Part shown: positions 10,548-20,011 of the stretch, in pieces
How the letters are laid out: every line of letters starts with the position of its first letter
Position numbering within the stretch: the first letter of the stretch is position 1
Source of the DNA: an uncultured Verrucomicrobiae bacterium
GTDB lineage: Bacteria; Verrucomicrobiota; Verrucomicrobiia; Chthoniobacterales; Chthoniobacteraceae
NCBI GenBank assembly: GCA_963836755.1
Contig: CAWIKF010000002.1
Span: 1,152,001-1,216,000, forward strand
Reading direction: 5' to 3'
DNA length: 64,000 bases
Position numbers and translations under genes: made by a program
Notes under the pieces: generated by a model
What the model was told of the DNA's origin: nothing
Seen by the model: only the letters and a program-made list of their open reading frames with translations
Databases searched by the model: none

Positions 10548-12371
10548 TTACGTTTTCTTCGCAGTGCTTTGGATATAAAGCTCACGCAGCTGCTTGAATT
10601 CAACCTCCGCAGGCGATTGCGACATGAGATCGACCCCGCGATTGTTCTTTGGAAAAGCGATCACGTCGCGAATGCTTTCCGCGCCGCAGATCAGCATCGC
10701 CAGCCGGTCGAGCCCGAGTGCGACTCCGCCGTGCGGCGGCGCGCCGAAGCTGAAAGCTTTCAGTAAATGTCCAAACATCGACTTTTGCAGCTCCGCCGAA
10801 ACGCCCAGCACCTCAAACATTTTCGCCTGCAACTCCTGCTCGTGAATACGGATGCTGCCGCCGCCGATTTCCACTCCGTTTAACACCACATCGTAAGCCT
10901 GCGCGCGCACGTGAGCGAAGTCACCGGCCGCAAGTTTTTCCAAATCCTCTGCGTGGGGGCGAGTGAAGGGATGATGCACAGCGTTCCATTTCTGGTCTTC
11001 GGAGGAATAGGCGACCAGCGGGAAATCGACGACCCAAAGGAAGTTCAGCTTTTCCTCGAAATTGTCGTGAAGGTGCGCCGGCAAAGCTTCTCCGGGCAGC
11101 ACGCGGCCAGTCCGTTTTTGTCCGCGCTGCGTTTCCATGACGCGTAGTCGGATGCGGCCAAGGACTTCGCATGCGATTTCCCATTTGTCCGCGCCGAACA
11201 AAACCAGGTCACCTTCCTCGATCGCGAGCCGCTCGGTCAGCGCGGCTTTTTCCGCATCGGTGAAAAACTTCACGATGGGCGATTTCCATTCCCCATTCTC
11301 GACTTTGATGAATGCGAGACCTTTCGCGCCGAATGTTTTTGCCGTTTCGGTCAGCTCCTCGATTTGTCCGGTGGTGATGCTGGCAAATTGTTTCGCGTTG
11401 ATCGCCTTCACCACTCCGCCCACATCGAGTGCGCCGCGAAAAACTTTGAACCCGCTCTGCGCGAAGACGTCGCCGAGATCCGTGATTTCCATGCCGAAAC
11501 GCGTGTCGGGCTTGTCGCTGCCGTAGCGGTTCAACGCCTCCGCGTATGTGAGCCGCGGAAACGGCGTCGGAATTTCCACGTCCTTCGTCGCTTTGAAAAT
11601 GGCGCGCAGCAAACCCTCGACTAGCGCGTAAATATCCTCGGGCGTGACGAAGGAAGCCTCGATGTCGATCTGCGTAAACTCGGGCTGGCGGTCGGCGCGT
11701 AGGTCTTCGTCGCGGAAGCAGCGTGCGATTTGAAAATACTTGTCGAGGCCTGCGACCATCAACAGTTGTTTATACTGTTGCGGGGCTTGCGGCAGCGCGT
11801 AAAAACCGCCCGGCGTGAGTCGCGACGGCACGAGGAAATCGCGCGCTCCTTCCGGCGTGCTCTTGCTCAGGATCGGCGTCTCGATTTCCAGGAATCCGTG
11901 GTCGTCGAGAAAGTCGCGCGTGGTTTTCGTAAGCCGATGCCGCAGCTTCAGATTGCGCGCCATTCGCGCTCGGCGCAGGTCAAGGTAACGGTGCGTCAAA
12001 CGCAGATCTTCGTTGCCAATCTCCTCGTCGATCGGGAAGGGCGGCACGCCGGCTTTGCTCAAGACCTCGAGCGCCGTCGCCACCACTTCGATGTCGCCCG
12101 TTAAAAGCTTGGTGTTCTCGGTGCCCGGCAATCGCGACGCGACGCGACCGGTGACTTTAATCACGTCCTCGCTGCGCAAAACATGCGCCGCCGCCGCGAC
12201 GTCCGCATTTTCCTCGGGCCGAAAAACCACCTGCGTCATCCCCTCCCGATCGCGGAGGTCGATGAAAATGACGCCGCCGTGATCGCGGCGCGAATTAACC
12301 CAGCCGGCGAGAGAAACGGTGCTGCCGATGTCGGTTTGGCGAAGCTCATTGCAATGATGCGTGCGATACAT
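10548..12371 (-). CDS. aspS: aspartate--tRNA ligase (probably non-discriminating Asp/Asn)
   Basis: Starts MYRTHHC at ATG 12371; RRDHGG, PEGARDF, FRDEDLRADRQPEFTQ, GAPPHGG..GLDR. Confidence 0.97.
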   Translation of the reverse strand: MYRTHHCNELRQTDIGSTVSLAGWVNSRRDHGGVIFIDLRDREGMTQVVFRPEENADVAAAAHVLRSEDVIKVTGRVASRLPGTENTKLLTGDIEVVATALEVLSKAGVPPFPIDEEIGNEDLRLTHRYLDLRRARMARNLKLRHRLTKTTRDFLDDHGFLEIETPILSKSTPEGARDFLVPSRLTPGGFYALPQAPQQYKQLLMVAGLDKYFQIARCFRDEDLRADRQPEFTQIDIEASFVTPEDIYALVEGLLRAIFKATKDVEIPTPFPRLTYAEALNRYGSDKPDTRFGMEITDLGDVFAQSGFKVFRGALDVGGVVKAINAKQFASITTGQIEELTETAKTFGAKGLAFIKVENGEWKSPIVKFFTDAEKAALTERLAIEEGDLVLFGADKWEIACEVLGRIRLRVMETQRGQKRTGRVLPGEALPAHLHDNFEEKLNFLWVVDFPLVAYSSEDQKWNAVHHPFTRPHAEDLEKLAAGDFAHVRAQAYDVVLNGVEIGGGSIRIHEQELQAKMFEVLGVSAELQKSMFGHLLKAFSFGAPPHGGVALGLDRLAMLICGAESIRDVIAFPKNNRGVDLMSQSPAEVEFKQLRELYIQSTAKKT

Positions 12372-12451
12372 GGAGCCGAGGATGTTAGCCGCTTTTCCCT
12401 GCGGTGCGAGGGGGAAAAAGCGCCTCGTGTTGCCGGCGGTCGACCCTTTAC

Positions 12452-12495
12452 AAAAAAAATACCGCCCCCCGCGGCCGACTGGCCGCGAAGGGCGG
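12452..12495 (-). terminator. intrinsic terminator
   Basis: GC-rich hairpin CCGCCC-tt-CGCGGCC/agtc/GGCCGCG-gg-GGGCGG followed by TA and T8 on the minus strand. Confidence 0.75.
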
Positions 12496-12525
12496 ATGTT
12501 CCCCCCAGAACAATTCAAAAAGCTG
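12452..12525 (-). ncRNA. candidate small RNA (~70 nt)
   Basis: Lies between a predicted promoter and an intrinsic terminator; no ORF; contains a second hairpin UGUUC-UGGGGG-GAACA. Confidence 0.35.
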
Positions 12526-12530
12526 TGAGA

Positions 12531-12586
12531 TAGATACGTCGGCCTTGGAAAATTGGCAACAAGTATTTTTAAATTATTTTAATATT
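12531..12586 (-). promoter_or_regulatory. putative sigma70 promoter with AT-rich UP element
   Basis: -35 TTGCCA (12559-12554), 17-bp spacer, -10 TATCTA (12536-12531); A/T tract immediately upstream. Confidence 0.45.
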
Positions 12587-12687
12587 AGCGACTTACCGCG
12601 CCTGTTCGCGCGTCGGTATTAAGGATTTTAATAGATTTAAGCTTTTTGAGTTCAGCGGATTGTGCCGGGGGACGCGCTTTATGAAGT

Positions 12688-13818
12688 TCACGCTTCCGTC
12701 GCTGCAAATTTTGCGACGAGTTCCGTGAGAACGACTTTTTCATCAAGCTGCGTCGTCACTATTTGCACATTTGCGCGGAGGCAGGCGTCTAAAAGAGCCC
12801 GCAGCGTCGGCGTGGAAAACCGATGCGCCTGCATCGCCGCAAGCCCGAGCGCGTAGCTGTTCACGGTGCCGTCTTTTTTCCGCGGCAAATGCTGCACAGA
12901 GCTTTCCGGCAATTGATTGAGAGCCGCCGAAAAGTGGAATGGCGCCTGCGGCGAACGCAGTTTGTGGCGTTGCATCAAATCTTTTGCCACGAGCAAATTC
13001 CGCACAGTCGGCACGATGGCGACGAGCAGGATGCCCACGGCATTTTCGCCTTGTTTGAGAAGTTGATCCACGAGCCCGAGCCCTTGCCGCACGTCGCGCC
13101 GCGCGAGCGCGTTGCCGAGTTCAAAAATCACGCCTGCGCGCGAAAGCGGCACAAGCATGCGGACGTCGTTCACTGTCGCTTCGCGACGTGCCGCGCCGAG
13201 ATAGAGGTCGATTTTTTCTAGCTCGTTCTCGACCTGCCGCGTCTCCCCGCCAGTTAGCAGCGTGAACAACTCCAGCGCCTCGCCGCTCAGCCGCAAGCCG
13301 CGCTCCTTCGCGCGCCGCTCGCTGAACCCCGCCGCTTCGTCCTCCCACCCGCTGCGGCTTGCATCAATCTTGTCGAAAACCTGGAGGTTCGCGAGCTTGG
13401 CGAGCGTCTTGTAAAAGCTCCGGCGCTTGTCGACATCGATTGCGCTGAGCAAAAACTTCACGCCATCCGGCAAACCCGCCGCGAGGATTTTTTGTAACTG
13501 TTCCAGCGCTTGTAAAACAGTTTCCGACCGCCCCTTCACGTCATCGGCGAGAAAATTTGTGCTGCGGAGCCAGACCAATTTTTCCCCGCCAAAAAACGGA
13601 AGCGTGAGCAAAGCCTCGATCGTTTGATGGATGCGCGTCGCCGCCTGCTCCGCATTGTCGGCGCATCCGTCGATGACATCGCGGCCAAAGTCTCCGGCGG
13701 CAGACGGCGAAAGCTCTTCCGCCAGTGCCGATGCCGCGCGCTTGACCTCAGCTTCATCGGAACCCGCGATCGCGAAGAATGATCCCGCAGCGACTTTTGT
13801 TTTTTTTGCAACAGCCAT
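12688..13818 (-). CDS. holA: DNA polymerase III delta subunit
   Basis: LLTLPFFGGEKLV, ENELEKIDLY, GVIFELGNAL; typical length. Confidence 0.85.
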   Translation of the reverse strand: MAVAKKTKVAAGSFFAIAGSDEAEVKRAASALAEELSPSAAGDFGRDVIDGCADNAEQAATRIHQTIEALLTLPFFGGEKLVWLRSTNFLADDVKGRSETVLQALEQLQKILAAGLPDGVKFLLSAIDVDKRRSFYKTLAKLANLQVFDKIDASRSGWEDEAAGFSERRAKERGLRLSGEALELFTLLTGGETRQVENELEKIDLYLGAARREATVNDVRMLVPLSRAGVIFELGNALARRDVRQGLGLVDQLLKQGENAVGILLVAIVPTVRNLLVAKDLMQRHKLRSPQAPFHFSAALNQLPESSVQHLPRKKDGTVNSYALGLAAMQAHRFSTPTLRALLDACLRANVQIVTTQLDEKVVLTELVAKFAATEA

Positions 13819-14771
13819 TATTTGGAAAAGCGCTCGAATCTTTTAGTGAAGTCGTCGAAGTCCTTGACCTGGTCGCCGTAGATTTCCGTCGCCGCGTCTT
13901 GCAAACTTTTACCCGCGAGCACGGCATCGAAAAAACGGATGAACCGATCCTTCGGCAACTCCGTCATCATGAACCGCACCAGCTTTTCACCAGTCTCGTA
14001 GAGCTGCACCACCTGCAGCGTGTCCTGCGGATACTCGTCGATCTTCACGAGATCGTTTAAAGAAAGTTGCGCCATGTGCAGCGTTCGCTCGTGCCGCTTC
14101 ACCGTCTGATTTTTGCGGCCGGCGACACTCGCGCTGCCCATGTATTCCGCGAAACCTTCGCTCAGCCAAACTGGCGGCCGCTGTCGCGGATAAAGTCGAG
14201 CGACCACAGCGTGCGTCGTTTCGTGTGCCAGCAAATGCGAGTCGAATTGCCCACCGGCATCTGCCTGGCGGACGCTGAGAAAAAGTTCGTCGCCGCGCGC
14301 GAAACTTGCCGCCCATTGCGGCTCCTTGGTCTGCGAGAGAAAATCCTTCCACTCGCGCTCATCCTCGAAAATAAACACATGCGATTTCCGCTGGTAGCGG
14401 TCCTTCGTCGCGCCGAGCGTCTTCGCGACAAACCAAAGATCGTATTCGATTTCGCGAGCGACTTTTTCCGCTTCCGTCACGCGGCGATAATGCAAAATGA
14501 AATTCTCCGTCTCCGCGTGTTTCCATTTTTCCGGATTGATGCTGAGCGCGATTTTTCCCTCCGGGCTCACGTTCGTGTTTGCGAGCTGATCCCATTTTTT
14601 TTCGACGAGGGGAATGTCGCGCGCGGGCTCCTCGGACGGCGTCGCAGCGCCATACGGGAAAGGCGTTCCCTTCGGCGCCGGCGTTCCAAACGGCCACTCG
14701 GCTCTCACCGACAGGCAGAGAAAAATTGCCGTGAGCGCGACGAAAACTTTAATTTTGCAGCGTCGTCCCAT
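13818..14771 (-). CDS. secreted gluzincin-type metallopeptidase (peptidase MA/DUF1570-like)
   Basis: Signal peptide from ATG 14771; LAHETTH...PVWLSEGFAEY. Confidence 0.75.
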   Translation of the reverse strand: MGRRCKIKVFVALTAIFLCLSVRAEWPFGTPAPKGTPFPYGAATPSEEPARDIPLVEKKWDQLANTNVSPEGKIALSINPEKWKHAETENFILHYRRVTEAEKVAREIEYDLWFVAKTLGATKDRYQRKSHVFIFEDEREWKDFLSQTKEPQWAASFARGDELFLSVRQADAGGQFDSHLLAHETTHAVVARLYPRQRPPVWLSEGFAEYMGSASVAGRKNQTVKRHERTLHMAQLSLNDLVKIDEYPQDTLQVVQLYETGEKLVRFMMTELPKDRFIRFFDAVLAGKSLQDAATEIYGDQVKDFDDFTKRFERFSK

Positions 14772-15660
14772 AATCTTTTGCGGCGTAAGTTTTGAACTCC
14801 GTCTCCAGCGCATCGATGCTGGTAAACCGCGCCCCATAAGCTTTCCAGAGCGCCGACTCGAACTTATTGCCCTTCGACATCGCATCGAAAAAGACGAGAA
14901 ATTTTTCTTTGTCGGTGGCGGCGAGAAATTGCACCAACTTTTCAGACTCCATGTAAAAGGTCGCCACTTGTTTTACGTCCGTCGGATATGTCATCAAGTC
15001 CGTGAGCGTCTTCAATGGAAGAAAAGTTTCGGGCGCGATCGCCGCCGAGGCCGGCTTCGCCTCGTATCCGCGCGCCCGCTGAAAGCTCGCGTAGCCGCGG
15101 ATCGAAACGTATTCCGCGTAGCCTTCGTCGAGCCAGAGCGGAATGCCGCTGCCAAAAAAACGATGCACCACGAGATGCGCCGTTTCATGCCCGAGCGTGC
15201 GGCCTTTGAATTTATATTCCGGATCGCGCTGGATGAACAAACTCCCGCCCGCATGAATCCCGCCGGTCCACGGATCGAGCTGCGCCTTTGTCTGAAACAG
15301 GCGCCAGTCGGCGGGATTTTCAAAAATGAAAATGTGGCATTTTCGCTCCCATTGCGACGTGTCGCGCTCGAGTTCTTCCGCGATGATCCGGTAGTAAAAT
15401 TCTGCCTCGACCGAGACGGGCGTCGTGATAAATGAGTGCGTAAAGTGGTAAACGAAATTCGTCGTTTCCGCGTGTTTCCATTCGTCGGGATGAATCGACA
15501 GCGCGATCGTGCCGAGTGGCGTCAAACTTTGGTCGGAAAGTTTTTCAAACGGGACTTCCGTGAGTCCGTTGAGCCCGCGCTGATCATCGGAATTTTGCGC
15601 GGCGGCAGAAATTGCGAGCGAGACGGCGCACAAAAAGCGGGTGAAAAAGCGAGAAGACAT
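14749..15660 (-). CDS. secreted gluzincin-type metallopeptidase, paralog of the downstream gene
   Basis: Signal peptide from ATG 15660; LGHETAH...PLWLDEGYAEY. Confidence 0.75.
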   Translation of the reverse strand: MSSRFFTRFLCAVSLAISAAAQNSDDQRGLNGLTEVPFEKLSDQSLTPLGTIALSIHPDEWKHAETTNFVYHFTHSFITTPVSVEAEFYYRIIAEELERDTSQWERKCHIFIFENPADWRLFQTKAQLDPWTGGIHAGGSLFIQRDPEYKFKGRTLGHETAHLVVHRFFGSGIPLWLDEGYAEYVSIRGYASFQRARGYEAKPASAAIAPETFLPLKTLTDLMTYPTDVKQVATFYMESEKLVQFLAATDKEKFLVFFDAMSKGNKFESALWKAYGARFTSIDALETEFKTYAAKDYGTTLQN

Positions 15661-15774
15661 GAAGCGGCAGTGCGAACTCAATTTACGCGGAGCATGGAAA
15701 CGCGAAAGCGGCAGTGTCAAGAAGCACCGGCGAAGCGTTCGCTTGATTTTGTCTGCACGCGTGACACCATGACT

Positions 15775-15792
15775 TTGTGAAATTATTCACAA
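15775..15792. promoter_or_regulatory. palindromic operator, Rex-type consensus (also fits CRP-family TGTGA-N6-TCACA)
   Basis: TTGTGAA-ATTA-TTCACAA ending 10 nt before the mqnE ATG. Confidence 0.7.
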
Positions 15793-15802
15793 CTTTGCTT
15801 CC

Positions 15803-16945
15803 ATGAATCTCGCGCTCATCCCCGCTACTCTGCGCCCCATTTGTGACAAAGTCCTTGACGGCGAGCGAATCTCCGATGCGGACGCGCTCGCGCTTTATCG
15901 CTCGAACGACCTGAACGCGCTCGGCGCGATCGCGAACATCGTGCGCGAGCGGAAAAACGGAAACGTCGCGACCTACATTCTCAACCGCTACATCAACTAT
16001 TCGAACCTCTGCATTCTTTCATGCCAGTTCTGCGCATTCGGCGCGCGGAAACGCGATGAGCACGCGTTTGCGTATTCCATTGACGAAATTGTTGGTGCCG
16101 TGCGCGACGGGCTGAGAGAGGGGATTACTGAAGTGCATATGGTCGGTGGGCTGCACCCGACTTTGCCGAAAGAATGGTATCTGGATTTGCTGACGAGCCT
16201 GCGCGCGCTCGATCCGGCGTTGAAAATCAAAGCCTTCACGGCTGTCGAAATCCGGCATCTGGCGCATCGTGTGTTTAAGCTTCCGTTGCGCGAGACGCTG
16301 GGGATTTTACGCGATGCGGGGCTCGCCGCGATCACCGGCGGCGGCGCGGAAATTTTCGACCAGGGCGTGCGCGACAAAATCTGCCGCGGCAAGGAGACAG
16401 CCGAAGAGTGGGCCGAGGTGCATCGGACTTGGCATCAAATGGGCGAGCGCAGCACGTGCACGATGCTTTACGGCCACATCGAAACGCTCGAGCAGCGCGT
16501 CGCGCATCTCCGTTTCCTGCGCGAGTTGCAGGATGAAACCGGCGGATTCACCGGCTTCATTCCGTTCGCTTTTGAGCCGGAGGGAGCCCGGCCCGAGCTT
16601 CGCCACATCCCACACGCATCGGCCTTTGAGGAACTGCGCAACCTCGCGGTCAGCAGAATTTTTCTCGATAACATCGGGCACATCACCGGCTATTGGGTCA
16701 GCCTCGGGTTGCCGCTCGCCGCGCTGTCGCTGAATTACGGCGTCGATGATTTGCACGGGACGATCGTTGTGGAAAAAATCTTCCATATGGCTGGTGCGAC
16801 GACGCCGCAGCGCCAGCGCGTCTCCGCGCTCGAAAAAGCAATCCGCGAATCGGGCCGCGAACCGATGCAGCGCGATAGTTACTACCAGCGCGTCGCCGGC
16901 AGTTCCCCCAAACCCTCGCGTCAGGCCGAGCTCGCCTGCGCGTGA
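15803..16945 (+). CDS. mqnE: aminofutalosine synthase (radical SAM)
   Basis: CILSCQFCAF cluster motif; EVHMVGGLHP, KAFTAVEI, GGGAEIF, TMLYGHIET, EKIFHMAGA; adjacent mqnA. Confidence 0.88.
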   Translation: MNLALIPATLRPICDKVLDGERISDADALALYRSNDLNALGAIANIVRERKNGNVATYILNRYINYSNLCILSCQFCAFGARKRDEHAFAYSIDEIVGAVRDGLREGITEVHMVGGLHPTLPKEWYLDLLTSLRALDPALKIKAFTAVEIRHLAHRVFKLPLRETLGILRDAGLAAITGGGAEIFDQGVRDKICRGKETAEEWAEVHRTWHQMGERSTCTMLYGHIETLEQRVAHLRFLRELQDETGGFTGFIPFAFEPEGARPELRHIPHASAFEELRNLAVSRIFLDNIGHITGYWVSLGLPLAALSLNYGVDDLHGTIVVEKIFHMAGATTPQRQRVSALEKAIRESGREPMQRDSYYQRVAGSSPKPSRQAELACA

Positions 16946-17712
16946 GTTCGTATGCCTCGCTGGAAAAGTTGCGGATCGGCTGCGTTTCTTATCTCAACGC
17001 ACGGCCGCTGATTCACTGCTGTCACGGCAGCGTGGTTTTTGATCACCCGTCGCGGCTGGCGGAAATGCTTTCGCACGGCCATCTCGACGTCGCGCTCGTG
17101 CCTGTTTTTACGGCATTCAAAATTCCCGACTCGTTGATCGTGGATGGAGTCGCCATCGCGTCACTCGGTCCGGTTTTCAGCGTCTTCATGGCATACAACG
17201 GCGATTTAACGGACGTAAAATCCGTATCGCTCGATCCCGCCTCGCGCACGTCGTGTCATTTGCTGCAATGTCTGCTCGCGGAGTTCCACGACTTGCGTCC
17301 AAAATATTCCTCATCGGAGGAAGCCGATGCGCATTTGCTGATCGGCAATCAGGCGATCGAGTTTCGGCAGAAACATAGCGACGCCTTCCGCTACCTCGAT
17401 CTCGGTGAAGAATGGACGCGCTGCACGGGACTGCCGTTCGTTTTCGCCGTTTGGTTGCTGCGGCCGGGATTGGAGCAGCCGCTGGAAATTGCGGATTCGC
17501 TGCGCAGATTGAAACGCGACGGGCTCTGCCGGCTTGACGAAGTGATCGAAACGCAGCGCGATTTTCCGCCGGATTTAGCGGCGCATTATCTGCGGGAAAA
17601 TATTCGCTTTGAACTTGGCGACGCTGAAAAAGCTGGTCTCGAACGTTTTCGCGAACTGCTGGCGAAATACGGTTTCATCGGATCAGACGCCGCGACGCTT
17701 CGTTGGGTTTGA
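16942..17712 (+). CDS. mqnA: chorismate dehydratase (futalosine pathway)
   Basis: GCVSYLNARPL, SRTS, LLIGNQA, DLGEEW...TGLPFVFAVW; GTGA overlap with mqnE. Confidence 0.9.
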   Translation: MSSYASLEKLRIGCVSYLNARPLIHCCHGSVVFDHPSRLAEMLSHGHLDVALVPVFTAFKIPDSLIVDGVAIASLGPVFSVFMAYNGDLTDVKSVSLDPASRTSCHLLQCLLAEFHDLRPKYSSSEEADAHLLIGNQAIEFRQKHSDAFRYLDLGEEWTRCTGLPFVFAVWLLRPGLEQPLEIADSLRRLKRDGLCRLDEVIETQRDFPPDLAAHYLRENIRFELGDAEKAGLERFRELLAKYGFIGSDAATLRWV

Positions 17713-17715
17713 AGT

Positions 17716-19911
17716 TCAACCCGGCAGCGGATAACGCTCTGTTAACGATTTGACCTGTTGTCGAATATTTGACAACGCATTCGTATCGCCGCCGCTCTTC
17801 AAAGCCGCATCGATGTGATCCGCGATCTCCATCATCTCCTCCTCCTTCATGCCTCGCGTGGTCACGGCAGGCGTGCCGAGGCGGATGCCACCGCCTTTAA
17901 AAACGGAAACGGTGTCGAACGGAATGCTGTTTTTATTCACGGTGATGCCAGCGTGATCGAGCAGGTCCGACGCGTCCTTGCCGGTGATTCCCTGCGGGCG
18001 CAAGTCGACGAGCATGAGATGGTTTTCAGTGCCGCCGCTCACGAGACGGTAGCCGTGATGTGCGAGGCGTGCGGCGAGCGCTTTTGCATTTTGCACGATC
18101 TGCCGCTGATACGCGCCAAAGCCCGGCTGGAGGGCTTCGTGAAAGCAAACAGCCTTTGCCGCGATCACGTGCATGAGCGGTCCGCCCTGAATGCCGGGGA
18201 ATGTCTGCGAGTCGATGCCTTTCGCATATTTTTCCTGGCAGATGATGATGCCGCCGCGCGGGCCGCGCAGACTTTTGTGCGTGGTGCTAGTGACGAAATC
18301 CGCGATCGGCACGGGGCTCGGATGAACGCCCGCGGCGACGAGGCCGGCGATGTGCGCCATGTCGACAAAAAGCATCGCGCCGACGCTGTCCGCGATTTGT
18401 TTCATGCGCGCAAAATTGATGATGCGCGGATACGCCGATGCGCCGGCGGTGATCATTTTTGGGCGAAAATCTTCGGCATGTTTTGCGAGCGCGTCGTAGT
18501 CGATGCGTTCGTCGTTCGGGCTGACGCCGTAATGCGAGACCTCGAAAAAGCGGCCGCTGAAATTTGCCTTGTTGCCGTGCGTCAGGTGGCCGCCGTGCGA
18601 AAGATCCATCGTCAGAATTTTGTCGCCGATCTCGAGCACGCTGAAATAGACGGCCATGTTTGCCTGCGAGCCGCTGTGCGGCTGGACGTTCACGTGATCG
18701 CCGCCGAAAAGTTTTTTCGCACGATCGATCGCGAGTTGCTCGACGACATCCACATTTTCACAACCGCCATACCAGCGTTTGCCGGGATAACCCTCGGCGT
18801 ATTTGTTCGTCAAACATGAACCTTGCGCCTCCATAACCGCGCGACTCACAAAGTTTTCGCTCGCGATCAACTCGATGTTTTCAAATTGCCGCTTCGCCTC
18901 CGCATCAATCGCGGCGGCGATTTCCGGATCGACTTCCGCGAGCGCGGCGCGCGAGTAATTTGGCACGCCGAGATGCTCGAGTTTGTCCACGCGCTCCGCG
19001 TGGCGTCCGCCGTCAAAGCTCGTCTGTAAATACGCGTCCACGATCCGTCGCGCCTGATCCTCGCCCACCTCTTTCGCGGCGAGGCAGAGGACGTTGGAAT
19101 TATTATGCTGACGCGTCACACGCGCGTCTTCTTCGCGGCTGACGAGCGCGGCGCGGATTTGCGGATAGCGGTTCGCGGCGATGCTCATGCCGACGCCGCT
19201 TTTACAAAAAAGAATGCCGTAATCGTAGCGGTTCGCGATGATCTCGCGGCAGACGGCGTCGGCGTAATCGGGATAATCGACCGACGCTTCCGAAAAAGTT
19301 CCGAAGTCGGAAACGACGAAACCTTTGCCGCCGAGATATGCCTGGATTTTGCGTTTCAATTCCACGCCGCCATGGTCCGCGCCGAGCGCGATGCGGAGCG
19401 GTTTGGTGGCGCTGGCGAGAGGTGGAGTGTTCATGGTTTTTGGTTTGGATTGATCGATGAAGTCGAGCACGGCAGGCAGCGCTTTTCGCAGCACGTCGCG
19501 GCATTGAAAATAGGCGTCGAGGCCGAGGCCGATCGGATCGGGAATATCGAGCGAGAACCGCGCGAGCTGCTCGTCAAATTCGCACACGAGATACGTCTTT
19601 TCCGCCGCATCGGGAAAAAGCATGTGAATCGTGTCGAGATGCGCGCGCGTCATCGCGAAAAGAAAAGTCGCGCGACGAGCGATCTCGTCGGTAAGCGGCT
19701 GGCTGCGGATGCGCGAAATATCGACGCTCCACGGCCGCAGCACCTCCAGCGCATGCGTGCTCGGCGGCTGACCATAACCGGCGCCGACGCCCGCCGACGA
19801 AATTTCGAAATCGTCGCGGTCGCTCGTCAGCTTTCGGAAAAGCCCTTCCGCCATCGGGCTGCGGCAGATGTTTCCCGTGCAAACGAAGACGATGTTTTTG
19901 CGCTCGGCCAT
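17716..19911 (-). CDS. glyA: triple fusion: LMW protein phosphatase + ribose-5-phosphate isomerase B + serine hydroxymethyltransferase
   Basis: One stop-free frame of 731 aa: [15 protein letters not shown]...DIPDPIG; GADHGG...DYPD...RQHNNSN...[34 protein letters not shown]. Confidence 0.92.
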   Translation of the reverse strand: MAERKNIVFVCTGNICRSPMAEGLFRKLTSDRDDFEISSAGVGAGYGQPPSTHALEVLRPWSVDISRIRSQPLTDEIARRATFLFAMTRAHLDTIHMLFPDAAEKTYLVCEFDEQLARFSLDIPDPIGLGLDAYFQCRDVLRKALPAVLDFIDQSKPKTMNTPPLASATKPLRIALGADHGGVELKRKIQAYLGGKGFVVSDFGTFSEASVDYPDYADAVCREIIANRYDYGILFCKSGVGMSIAANRYPQIRAALVSREEDARVTRQHNNSNVLCLAAKEVGEDQARRIVDAYLQTSFDGGRHAERVDKLEHLGVPNYSRAALAEVDPEIAAAIDAEAKRQFENIELIASENFVSRAVMEAQGSCLTNKYAEGYPGKRWYGGCENVDVVEQLAIDRAKKLFGGDHVNVQPHSGSQANMAVYFSVLEIGDKILTMDLSHGGHLTHGNKANFSGRFFEVSHYGVSPNDERIDYDALAKHAEDFRPKMITAGASAYPRIINFARMKQIADSVGAMLFVDMAHIAGLVAAGVHPSPVPIADFVTSTTHKSLRGPRGGIIICQEKYAKGIDSQTFPGIQGGPLMHVIAAKAVCFHEALQPGFGAYQRQIVQNAKALAARLAHHGYRLVSGGTENHLMLVDLRPQGITGKDASDLLDHAGITVNKNSIPFDTVSVFKGGGIRLGTPAVTTRGMKEEEMMEIADHIDAALKSGGDTNALSNIRQQVKSLTERYPLPG

Positions 19912-20011
19912 TTTGTGCGAGAGACCATGCACGGGAAAGCGGGCGCGGGCAAGCCAACGTGCGCCACATCCGCGCTTGAGGTGCGGCTGCCGCGCGGCTA
20001 CCTTCGGCAGC

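Noticed and set aside
12372..12530. T-box riboswitch upstream of aspS
   Set aside because: No T-box GGTGGNACC motif, and the leader is too short for stem I.
12540..12650. Replication origin (AT-rich region with IHF-like site)
   Set aside because: No cluster of DnaA boxes; better explained as a promoter UP element.
15783..15791. DnaA box TTATTCACA
   Set aside because: Single copy, fully explained as part of the palindromic operator.
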